Program-made: the position numbers and the translations under genes
Shown here: piece after piece, positions 1 to 11,745 of the stretch
Numbering within the stretch: the first letter of the stretch is position 1
Layout: every line of letters begins with the position of its first letter
Assembly: GCA_002269645.1 (NCBI GenBank)
Contig: NIVC01000424.1
Location: 361,501-425,500, forward strand
Direction of reading: 5' to 3'
Source: Macrostomum lignano
Taxonomy: Eukaryota
DNA length: 64,000 nt
Notes under the pieces: generated by a model
Told to the model about the DNA's origin: nothing
Database searches by the model: none
The model's input: the letters and a program-made list of their open reading frames with translations, nothing else

Positions 1-236
1 CAACTGACACTCTGGGAGGCTGGCCCAGCAACTGACACTCTGGGAGGCTGGCCCAGCAACTGACACTCTGGGAGGCTGGCCCAGCAACTGACACTTTGGG
101 AGGCTGGCCCAGCAACTGATACTCTGGGAGGCTGGCCCAGCAACTGAAACTTTTAGAGGCTGGCCTAGCAACTGAGGATCTGGGAGGCTGGCCCAGCAAC
201 TGAGTATCTAGGAGGCTGATTGCCCAGCAACTGAGG
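1..236. repeat. 28-bp minisatellite (CAACTGACACTCTGGGAGGCTGGCCCAG) in NPRL3 intron 1
   Basis: Unit directly visible; same unit recurs at 19090-19770. Confidence 0.95.
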
Positions 237-265
237 AATTGTGAGGATCTAGGAGGCTGACTCAC

Positions 266-941
266 CAACAGCTCCAGCAGCCAGGCTCTCCGAGTAGCCC
301 AGAAACACAACATCGTCCACCTTAATCTCAAAGGCCCGCTGCGTCATCACCGCTTTAGCTGACAGAATCGAAGCCAGAGCCTCATCCCGCAGGCAGACGG
401 TGACTTCCGGTTGGTTTCCGGTTCCAGCCGATCCATTTCCGGCCCCGTTTCCGTTGGCAGTGTGCAGAGAGGAACAGGTTGGTTGAGTGCGGACCAGCAA
501 GCTGAACTGACTGGAGATCGCGGCAGCGTCCGAGTCCAATAAGTCAGATGAGGCGGCGGCGGAGGCTGCAGCGGCGGCAGCTGCAGCAGCCATAGCGTTA
601 GCCCCACTGCTAGATGAAGCTATGGCAGATTCTGCACCTGCCCTCACGCCAGTGTCAATGCTTGAGGAGCCTGCTGCTGCTCCAACGGAATTCACTGTCG
701 ATGACTTGCTGGGACTGGAAGCTGCGGCTGCTGCTGCTGCTGCTGTTGCCGCCGCTGATTCTGCATCCACCGGACGTGAGGCTTGAGAAGCCGAAGCATC
801 GCAGCTTGAAGCCAACGGCAGAGGCGGATAGCGGAATAGCAAGCGATCGCCAGTGGAACCGGAAGTGACTAGAAATATGCTGATTGGGTCTAACTGACCG
901 GCGCCCCAGCGAGCGTAGGAGGTGCCATCGTGTATAGTCAT
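266..941 (-). CDS. NPRL3: GATOR1 subunit NPRL3, first coding exon (gene continues left of window)
   Basis: PISIFLVTSGSTGDRLLFRYP and LASILSAK...AFEIKVDDVVFLGY resemble the NPRL3 N-terminal motifs; donor G|GTGAGT after 266. Confidence 0.85.
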
Positions 942-1134
942 TTAGTATCGAAGCTAGCTTAAGCAGGAGAGTGGGTTAAAGAAATACTTTAGCTACTTAA
1001 CTGTTGAATAAAGAGTAGTCAAGTACGATTATTGGATTTTAATAGGAATTCAGAAGCTTAAAAAAGTTCAACTGTTTTATGAAGTGCTGGAAGTGACCTT
1101 CGTGGATTTTCAGTGAGCTGCCTTCAGGGTCCTT

Positions 1135-2095
1135 CAGTAGGTCACTGTCAAATCCAGGGCCCTTTAAAAAGTCACTGTCACATCCATGATTCTTCAATAG
1201 GTCACTGTCACATCCAGGATCCTTCAATAGGTCACTGTCACATCCAGGATCCTTCAATAGGTCACTGTCACATCTAGGATCCTTCAATAGGTCACTGTCA
1301 CATCCAGGATCCTTCAATAGGTCACTGTCACATCCAGGATCCTTCAATAGGTCACTGTCACATCCATGATCCTTCAATAGGTCACTGTCACATCCATGAT
1401 ATCCATCAATAGGTCACTGTCACATCCATGATTCTTCAATAGGTCACTGTCACATCCAGGATCCTTCAATAGGTCACTGTCACATCCGGGATCCTTCAAT
1501 AGGTCACTGTCACATCCATGATATCCATCAATAGGTCACTGTCACATCCAGGATCCTTCAATAGGTTACTGTCACATCCATGATTCTTCAATAGGTCACT
1601 GTCACATCCAGGATCCTTCAATAGGTCACTGTCACATCCGGGATCCTTCAATAGGTCACTGTCACATCCATGATATCCATCAATAGGTCACTGTCACATC
1701 CAGGATCCTTCAATAGGTTACTGTCACATCCATGATTCTTCAATAGGTCACTGTCACATCCAGGATCCTTCAATAGGTCACTGTCACATCCGGGATCCTT
1801 CAATAGGTCACTGTCACACCCGGGATCCTTCAATAGGTCACTGTTACATCCAGGATCCTTCAATAGGTCACTGTTATATCCGGGATCCTTCAATAGGTCA
1901 CTGTCACATACGGGATCCTTCAATAGGTCACTATCACATCCGGGATCCTTCACATAGGTAACTATCACATCCGGGATCCTTCAATAGGTCACTGTCACAT
2001 ACGGGATCCTTCAATAGGTCACTATCACATCCGGGATCCTTCACATAGGTAACTATCACATCCGGGATCCTTCAATAGGTCACTGTCACATCTAG
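1135..2095. repeat. 30-bp minisatellite (GGTCACTGTCACATCCAGGATCCTTCAATA)
   Basis: Tandem unit visible; source of the spurious KDPGCDSDLL ORFs. Confidence 0.95.
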
Positions 2096-2762
2096 GGTCC
2101 TTTCAGAGGCCGCTGAAAACCCTGTTTAGTTTCGACTACCAAAACAAGGTCTGATAACAACTGTCCTGACTGCAAAAATCAAAGCGATAAAAATTGCCAT
2201 TTTATTTTTCTATTAAAAATTAAATTGGACTGTTTTAAACGCAACATATATTTAGTTATTACTTCAATTATTATTCAAATGCAACATAGAAAAAAACACA
2301 AAAAATTACATGCGATCAAAAGAGAACCAATGCCATTTCGTATATAATTAATAGACATACTGTAACAGGATTACAAATGCTTTTGCAATAGAGAATATTT
2401 ATAATATCATAATTTAAGCAACGACTGCACACAGAACGAAATTGAGTTGAATTACAAAAAAGTACAAAAATGCATTTAGTTTATATAATCTGCTGTCGTA
2501 ATAATTGACACTATAATACCGGTACGACAGTTTAGATGATTACATACATGCGTAACACAAGGCTGGCGAGGTACCCAGCTAAAGTAAGTCGCAAAAATAC
2601 CCACTCGTAGAACTAACTAGATGACGACGCATTTAGCCTTAACAATACAGTTATAGTTACACCCGCCGTTTACCCAAAATTTGTCTAAGCTTCGTTCATA
2701 GGTAAGTCGCATTTTTGGCGGGTGGGGTTTACACATGTATGGATGGTTATAGTTATAATTAC

Positions 2763-3292
2763 TTAGAGAAACTCAATGGTATCAGCCTCAAACGAGACCA
2801 CATTATTTGGCACAGACCAAGGCTTGCTGTTGTCACTGACCTCGGCAGCAACTGGTGTGTCATCAGCATCCTTGCTGCCGGCCTTGTCTTCATCACACGA
2901 TGACGATGGCGCGTGAAACTGAACCAAAGCGTCGACATATGATCGGCGAGGCTGCTGAACTTGTTTCACCGGTGGAACAGGTGTCATCACCGGCTCTACC
3001 GGTGAAGCCTGGCTAGTGTCGCCTTCTTTGTCGTCAGTGCCGGACACAACCGCGTTCATGATGTCATCTAAATCGTCCAGAGTGGCAGTTGGACCGCTGT
3101 TGGCGTCGTTGCTAACATTATTATTGTTAGTGTTCAGCGTTTCAAAGTCTGCCAACGGGTCCTGCGGGCAGAAAGTGATGAATGCGTTGGATGAGGCTGC
3201 AGTGGGTCTGAGATAAGACACTGCCTAAATGTCTGTCTGTTTGTCTTAGTGTCTGTCTGCCTGTCAGTCTGTCTGCCTGTTGTCTGTCTGCC

Positions 3293-3331
<39 letters not shown>

Positions 3332-3368
3332 ATGTATGTGTGTCTGTCTGTCTGCCTGTCTGTCTGCC

Positions 3369-3409
<41 letters not shown>

Positions 3410-3483
3410 GCCTGTTTGTATGTATGTGTGTCTGTCTGTCTGTCTGCCTGCCTGTCTGCCTGTCTGTCTGCCTGTCTGTCTGC

Positions 3484-3525
<42 letters not shown>

Positions 3526-3664
3526 GCCTGCCTGTCTGTCTGTATGTATGTGTGCCTGTCTGTCTGCCTGTCTGTCTGTCTGTCTGTCTGCCTGTCTGTC
3601 TGTCTGTCTGTCTGCCTGTCTTTCTGTATGTATGTGTGTCTGTCTGTCTGCCTGTCTGTCTGCC

Positions 3665-3701
<37 letters not shown>

Positions 3702-3788
3702 GCCTGTCTGTCTGTCTGCCTGTCTTTCTGTATGTATGTGTGTCTGTCTGTCTGCCTGTCTGTCTGCCTGTCTGTCAGCCTGCCTGCC

Positions 3789-3835
<47 letters not shown>

Positions 3836-6006
3836 ATGTATGTGTGTCTGTCTGTCTGTATGTGTGTCGTCTGTCTGTCTTTCTGTGGCTGTGTGTGTCT
3901 GTCTGTCTGTTCGTCCGTGTGTGTCTACCTGCTCAAGCTCGGCATCCTCAGCATCAGCCTCATCGGCCGCCCCCCGCCCTCTGGTCCGCAGGCGCTCCAG
4001 GCACTCCCGGACAGCCGGCAGGAAGGCTTCGAATTCGGCTTCGACCAGAGCCAGCTCAACATCGGCAGCCGTCATCGTTTTGCGACCCTGCGGAGCCGCC
4101 GCCTTCTTGCTGTTCAACGGCTGCTTGCGAAAGACGCGACCTCGAGTAGATCGGTGCTGCCTGGTGTTGCGGGCGAAATTGAGATTGGTGATCATTGAGG
4201 TTGGGGTTGAACTGATGACAGTTAGGCCTACGTCCTCTCCTGTTCTTCTTTCCCACTCTCACTCTCTATCTCGCTATAAAATCTCTCACACTCTACCGGT
4301 GTCTTTTACTCTACCAGTCAAGCATTATATCCTACCTCACTCCTCTATATGTTTCTTCCCCACTCTTTACGTAGCTCTCCTCATACATTACTGTCTGCCC
4401 CCCTCTCTAATTGCCTCTCACTCTCTACCTGTCTCTCCCTCACTCTCAACCTGTCTCTCCCTCACTCTCTACCTGTCTCTCCCTCACTCTCTACCTGTCT
4501 CCCTCACTCTCTACCTGTCTCTCCCTCACTCTCTACCTGTCTCTCCCTCACTCTCTACCTGTCTCCCTCACTCTCTACCTGTCTCCCTCACTCTCTACCT
4601 GTCTCCCTCACTCTCTACCTGTCTCCCTCACTCTCTACCTGTCTCTCCCTCACTCTCTACCTGTCTCTCCCTCACTCTCTACCTGTCTCTCCCTCACTCT
4701 CTACCTGTCTCTCCCTCACTCTCTACCTGTCTCTCCCTCACTCTCTACCTGTCTCTCCCTCACTCTCTACCTGTCTCTCCCTCACTCTCTACCTGTCTCT
4801 CCCTCACTCTCTACCTGTCTCTCCCTCACTCTCTACATGTCTCTCCCTCACTCTCTACCTGTCTCTCCCTCACTCTCTACCTGTCTCTCCCTCACTCTCT
4901 ACATGTCTCTCCTTCACTCTCTACCTGTTTCCCTCACTCTCTACCTGTCTCCCTCACTCTCTACCTGTCTCTCCCTCACTCTCTACCTGTCTCTCCCTCA
5001 CTCTCTACATGTCTCTCCTTCACTCTCTACCTGTCTCCCTCACTCTCTACCTGTCTCTCCCTCACTCTCTACCTGTCTCTCCCTCACTCTCTACCTGTCT
5101 CTCCCCCACTCTCTACCTGTCTCTCCCTCACTCTCTACCTGTCTCTCCCTCACTCTCTACCTGTCTCCCTCACTCTCTACCTGTCTCTCCCTCACTCTCT
5201 ACCTGTCTCTCCCCCACTCTCTACCTGTCTCTCCCTCACTCTCTACATTCTACATGTCTCTCCCCCACTCTCTACCTGTCTCTCCCTCACTCTCTACCTG
5301 TCTCTCCCTCACTCTCTACCTGTCTCCCTCACTCTCAACCTGTCTCTCCCTCACTCTCTACCTGTCTCCCTCACTCTCTACCTGTCTCTCCCTCACTCTC
5401 TACCTGTCTCTCCCTCACTCTCTACCTGTCTCTCCCTCACTCTCAACCTGTCTCTCCCTCACTCTCTACCTGTCTCCCTCACTCTCTACCTGTCTCTCCC
5501 TCACTCTCTACATGTCTCTCCCCCACTCTCTACCTGTCTCTCCCTCACTCTCTACATGTCTCTCCCTCACTCTCTACCTGTCTCTCCCTCACTCTCTACC
5601 TGTCTCTCCCTCACTCTCTACCTGTCTCTCCCTCACTCTCTACCTGTCTCTCCCTCACTCTCTACATGTCTCTCCTTCACTCTCTACATGTCTCTCCCTC
5701 ACTCTACCTGTCTCTCCCTCACTATCTACCTGTCTCTCCCTCACTCTCTACCTGTCTCTCCCTCACTCTCTACCTGTGTCTCCCTCACTCTCACCTGGCA
5801 GCCTCGGCCAGCATGACATCATTAGCGGCCGCAGTCAATCGCAGAGCGAACGCAATCGCACAATCACCAATCAATTTCCTAGCGTCCTTAGCAACGGAAG
5901 CCGAGTCGGGTAGGGAAGACTTAATCAGACGATTGAGCACAGCTTGAGGCAGACCCAGCTGCTCAAACGTTGGACCAGTTTCTTCAGACTGAAACACAGA
6001 CACCAT
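2763..6006 (-). CDS. POLE3: Histone-fold protein, DNA polymerase epsilon subunit 3/CHRAC17-like; exons 6006-5795, 4109-3929, 3161-2763
   Basis: LGLPQAVLNRLIKSSLPDSASVAKDARKLI...AAAND joined to GRKTMTAADVELAL..EFEAFL gives an H2B-type histone fold like POLE3. GT-AG junctions with matching phases found by hand. Exon 3 is low-complexity and less certain. Confidence 0.75.
3230..3912. repeat. (TCTG)n/(CAGA)n microsatellite, POLE3 intron 2
   Basis: Direct. Confidence 0.97.
4420..5790. repeat. 20/22-bp pyrimidine-rich minisatellite (CTCTCTACCTGTCTCTCCCTCA), POLE3 intron 1
   Basis: Direct. Confidence 0.97.
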
Positions 6007-6483
6007 TGTCAACTATAAAATATATTAGAAATTAGCGACACTGACTAATTTCCTATGCTAATGCATTATGAGTCATAATGCAAATAACAAATTCAGAATA
6101 GATATAAGAGTAAGTTATGTATTCTAGATAAATATAATCATTTTTTCATTCTTTATTTTAACAATAACAGGTTCACACAGGATTCACACAGGAAGACAGT
6201 AAAAATGAGACGGCAGAGAGGACTAATCCAAGGGGGGCAGAGGGCCAATGAACGAGTCGCGTCAGAAAATATCTATAAAATGCCATTATGCATCTATCTA
6301 CTGAACTGAGTAGCTTAGACGCGATTTTGTCGAGCGGCCTTTGAGTAGCAATTTTACGATCTGCAGCAAATGAATTTAATATTAGATTTTGAGCAACCTC
6401 AGGCGCGCAACGCCTTCTGGCAACGAAAAGAAAATGCAACAACAACAGAAGGCCTTCTGTGTCAGCTTATTAATTGATAAAAA

Positions 6484-9400
6484 TTATTTCTTCTTGTTCT
6501 TCTTTTTATTGCCAGTTTTCGGTTGCGACTCCGCCGCAGAGGCAGCAGACGCCGGCCGCCTTGACTGCTCCATGTCGTCCAGCCTCGCCTCCAACCGGCG
6601 ATGCAGCTGGGCCCGTCGCACAGCCTCCCTGTTGGATTTTGGCGGCGCCACAGGACCGGAAGTGGCCGAACCGGAAGCGACTCGCCTGGCTGCCTCTCGG
6701 GCAGCCTGACCGCAGCCGTGAACTTCCGGTACGAAATGGCTAAAACAGTAGCGCCTGCGGCAGTGTGCGCAGCCGTGGCCTACAGTGCGGACTGGAGTTT
6801 TACAGTCCGGATAGCCGCACACGGAGTCCATGGCGGCGAATTCGGCTAGAAGGGCGTCGAAATCTTCTTCAGTGTTGTTGTCGACGGCTTCTGCTTGTTG
6901 CTTTTTCTTGTTGGCTTGCTGCTTTTTTATAGCGGACCCGTCCGATTTTTGATTGCTGGCCACGCCAAGGACCACTAATTGGGAGAGTTTTTGGCGGTGG
7001 CAAATTTTGTAATTTTATAAACTACTATTAAAATAAGCTTTAATAGTGCCCATGGCAACAGACTCAAACTATCATACACTGGGTATCCATGACAACAGGC
7101 TCAACTACACTGGGTGTCCATGGCAACGGACTCAACTACTCTGGGTGGCCATGCCAACAAACTCAACTATCATACACTGGGTGTCCATGGCAACATAATC
7201 AACTACGCTGGGTGTCCATGGCAACAGACTCAACTATCATACACTGGGTATCCATGACAACAGACTCAACTACACTGGGTGACCATGGCAACGGACTCAA
7301 CTACTCTGGGTGGCCATGCCAACAAACTCAACTATCATACACTGGGTGTCCATGGCAACAGACTCAACTACACTGGGTGTCCATGGCAACAGACTTAACT
7401 ATCATACACTGGGTATCCACGAAAACAGACTCAACTTCCCAGAGTGTCCATGGCAACAGACTCAACTACACTGGGTGTCCATGGCAACAGAATCAACTGC
7501 TTTGGGTATCCATGGCAACATACTTAACTACATTGGGTGTCCATGGCATCAGGAATCTCTTTGGTGTCCATGGTAACAGAAACTAGACCTACGCCAGTGG
7601 ACGTGACAGCAAAAAAGTCAATCGGTTGCCATGGAAACAGAAACTAAGGTCGCTAGCATAGGCTAAAGCCGGTGCTCGAGTGCATAGCAATCAACTATTT
7701 GTAAAATTCTCTTACCTCCAGTCTTTTTTTGGCTGCCCTTCTTGCCGCCCACAGCTCCAGCGGATTCAACCGCAGCCGAAGCGCCATCAACGGCCGCTCG
7801 CAACTGTCGATTTCGCATTGCCCGATCGCAGGCCACCCGGTGCAGTTCGGCGTTGCCAGGCGGCACCGGCTTGCCGCACACCGGGCAATCAGTGGCGTCA
7901 TTGGCAACCGGGCCGCTTGACAACGGATCGACCTTTGCGTTGCCAGCTGCTGACATTTGGTCAGACTCTGTTGCCATCTTGTCAGACTCTGTTGCCATCT
8001 TGTCAGACTCTGTTGCCATCTTGTCAGACTCTGACGCCGTCTTGTCAGACTCTGTTGCCATCTTGTCAGACTCTGTTGCCGTTTTGTCAGACTCTGACGC
8101 CGTCTTGTCAGACTCTGTTGCCATCTTGTCAGACTCTGATACCATCTTGTCAGACCCTGATGCCATCTTGTCAGACTCTGTTGCCATCTTGTCAGACTCT
8201 GTTGCCGTCTTGTCAGACTCTGCTGCCGTCTTGTCAGACTCTGATACCATCTTGTCAGACCCTGATGCCATCTTGTCAGACTCTGTTGCCATCTTGTCAG
8301 ACTCTGTTGCCGTCTTGTCAGACTCTGCTGCCGTCTTGTCAGACTCTGTTGCCATCTTGTCAGACTCTGTTGCCGTCTTGTCAGACTCTGCTGCGGTCTT
8401 GTCCGACTCTGTTGCCATCTTGTCAGCAGTCGCCCCAGAGACCTTAGATACAAGCAAGACTCTCCCGCCGCCTTCCCCAGCAGAATTTGCAGCATCATCG
8501 TCGACACTTCTGTGCTGAAGCCCGCCGATGCGTTCGCACTCCTGATGGAAAGTTACGAACCAAAGGAAAACTATTGTCAGGGCGATTCTTGAAGGGTAAC
8601 TGAGGGCAATTCTTGAAGGGTAACTGAGGGCGATTTTCAGGAGGAACTGAGGGCGATTCTCAAGGGGGAACTGAGGGAGATTCTCAAGGGGTTACTGAGG
8701 GCGATCCTTAAGGGGAACTGAGGGCGATTCTTAAGGGGGAGCTGAGGGCGATTCTCAAGGGGGAACTGAGGGCGATTCTTACAGGGGAATTGAAGGCGAT
8801 TCTTAAAGGGGAACTGAGGGCGATTTTTGAAAGTGGAACTTAAGGCGATTCTTAAAGGGGAATTGAGGGCGATTCTTGAAGGGGAATTGAAGGCGATTCT
8901 TAAAGGGGAACTGAGGGCGATTCTTGAAGGTGGAACTGAAGGCGATTCTTAAAGGGGAATTGAGGACAATACTCAAGGGGGAACTGAGGGCGATTCTTGA
9001 AGGTGGAACTGAAGGCGATTCTTAAAGGGGAATTGAGGACAATACTCAAGGGGGAACTGAGGGCGATTCTTGAAGGTGGAACTGAAGGCGATTCTTAAAG
9101 GGGTATTGAGGGCGATTCTCAGGGGTAACTGAGGACAATACTCAAGGGGGAGCTGAGGGACATTCTCAAGGGGGAACTGAGGGCGATTCTTAAAGGGGAA
9201 TTGAGGGCGATTCTTAAAGGGGAGTTGGGGGCGATTATTATAGGGGAACTGAGGGCGATTCTTAAGGGGGATTTTGACAGACTTCTCTAGCCGATTAGGC
9301 GTAAAAGGCCAGGGTAAATATGACATTTGTTCCTACATTAGTAAATAAAAGCCTCACCATCTAATTAGTGCTAATAATTAACAAATGCCTTACCTCGTGC

Positions 9401-11091
9401 AGCCTGGCTCTCTCGTAGGGATTCAGTCCGAGAAATCGAAGCTCCCCACCATCTTCTGTGGGAACAAATGCTACTCCGACAGCTGCAGCAGCTGACGACA
9501 AATTATCCAAAGAATAATTGGCTAACAGACGAATAACATTGATTAGCTGTTCGATGCGAGCTTCTTTTGCTTCTTTGTCTAATTTTTGCTGCTTTTTATT
9601 GTTGCCACATTTCTGTTGTTGCTTCTGGCTTTGACCGCCAGCTGATGGTTGAGATGGAGATGCCATCACAATGTCTGGGGAAGAAACAAAGAAAGCATAA
9701 CATAACTGTGCTACTTAGAAGCTTTGATTTTGGGGACTCTGGATACAGGCTTGCAGATCCCTGGATACAGGCCTGGAGATCCCTGGATACAGGCCTGGAG
9801 ATCCCTGGATAGGAGCTTGGAGATCCCTGGATACAGGCCTGGAGATCCCTGGATAGGAGCTTGGAGACCCCTGGATACAGGCCTAGAGATCCCTGGATAC
9901 AGGCCTGGAGATCCCTGGATACAGGCCTGGAGACCCCTGGATAGGAGCTTGGAGACCCCTGGATACAGGCCTAGAGATCCCTGGATACAGGCCTGGAGAT
10001 CCCTGGATACAGGCCTGGAGATCCCTGGATACAGGCCTGGAGATCCCTGGATACAGGCCTGGAGATCCCTGGATAGGAGCTTGGAGACCCCTGGATACAG
10101 GCCTAGAGATCCCTGGATACAGGCCTGGAGATCCCTGGATACAGGCCTGGAGATCCCTGGATAGGAGCTTGGAGACCCCTGGATACAGGCCTAGAGATCC
10201 CTGGATACAGGCCTGGAGATCCCTGGATAGGAGCTTGGAGACCCCTGGATACAGGCCTAGAGATCCCTGGATACAGGCCTGGAGATCCCTGGATACAGGC
10301 CTGGAGATCCCTGGATAGGAGCTTGGAGATCCCTCGATACAGGCCTGGAGATCCCTGGATAAAAGCTTGGAGATCCCTCGATACAGGCCTGGAGATCCCT
10401 GGATAGGAGCTTGGAGATCCCTCGATACAGGCCTGGAGATCCCTGGATATGGGCTTGAAGACACTAAATGATGTTGCGAATGCCAAGATTAATGATGGTC
10501 TGGAAACTCTTATAATGCTATAATAAACTAGCAAGTGAAAACTACATTGCTAAACTTATTAGAGATTAGCACTTAAAGAAAAAATGATTATAATAAATGA
10601 ATACCAATTTCTCACCGTCTAGCACATGCGCAAACTCGCTAGCAGACCTGACCTTCGCATTGGTCAGCAGATACTGAACAAATCCCGCTAGAACGCTGTC
10701 CCCCCGTCCAACTGTATCGCAGTCTCCGATGACGCACAGGTGTCGCCTAGCTCGAGTTACGGCTACATTTAATCGCCTATGCTCGGACAGAAAGCCAACA
10801 ATTCCTTTGCGATTGGATCTCACTAGAGAGATTATAACCGCCTCCTTTTCGCGTCCTTGGAAACCGTCCACTGAGCGAACTTCGACGCTTTGCAAATTGC
10901 TGGACGGAGTGGACTGCTGTTGCTGCTGCTGTTGAATGGCAAGTCGAATGTGTTCGACCTGAAGGTTGTACGGACTGATCACGGCTATGTCTGACGGAGC
11001 GAGACCGCTGGTAACCAGGGCCGATACGTGCTCTGCAAAGGGGCCAGTGTTTTGATTAGTGTAGGCTTTGGAATCTAACTGACTAACTAAT

Positions 11092-11130
<39 letters not shown>

Positions 11131-11211
11131 TTAACTAACTAACTAATTAACTAACTAACTAATTAACTAACTAACTAAATAACTAACTAACTAATTAACT
11201 AACTAACTAAT

Positions 11212-11262
<51 letters not shown>

Positions 11263-11351
11263 TTAACTAACTAACTAATTTACTAACTAACTAATTAACT
11301 AACTAATTAACTAACTAACTAATTAACTAACTAACTAACTAACTAACTAAT

Positions 11352-11386
<35 letters not shown>

Positions 11387-11419
11387 TTAACTAACTAACT
11401 AATTAACTAACTAACTAAT

Positions 11420-11462
<43 letters not shown>

Positions 11463-11705
11463 TTAACTAACTGACTAACTAACTAACTGACAAACTAACT
11501 GACTAACTAACTAACTTAACTAACTAACTGACTAACTAACTAACTGACTAACTAACTAACTAACTGACAAACTAACTGACTAACTAACTGACTAACTAAC
11601 TAACTTAACTAACTAACTGACTAACTAACTAACTAACCAGCTAACTAATTAACTAACTAACTGACTAACTAACTAACTAACTAATTAATTAACTAGCTAA
11701 CTAAT

Positions 11706-11745
<40 letters not shown>

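Noticed and set aside
3134-5947. Long ORFs such as VCLSVCLS (855 aa), PHSLPVS and TDRQ
   Set aside because: Translations of TCTG and 22-bp repeats lacking stop codons; they lie in POLE3 introns.
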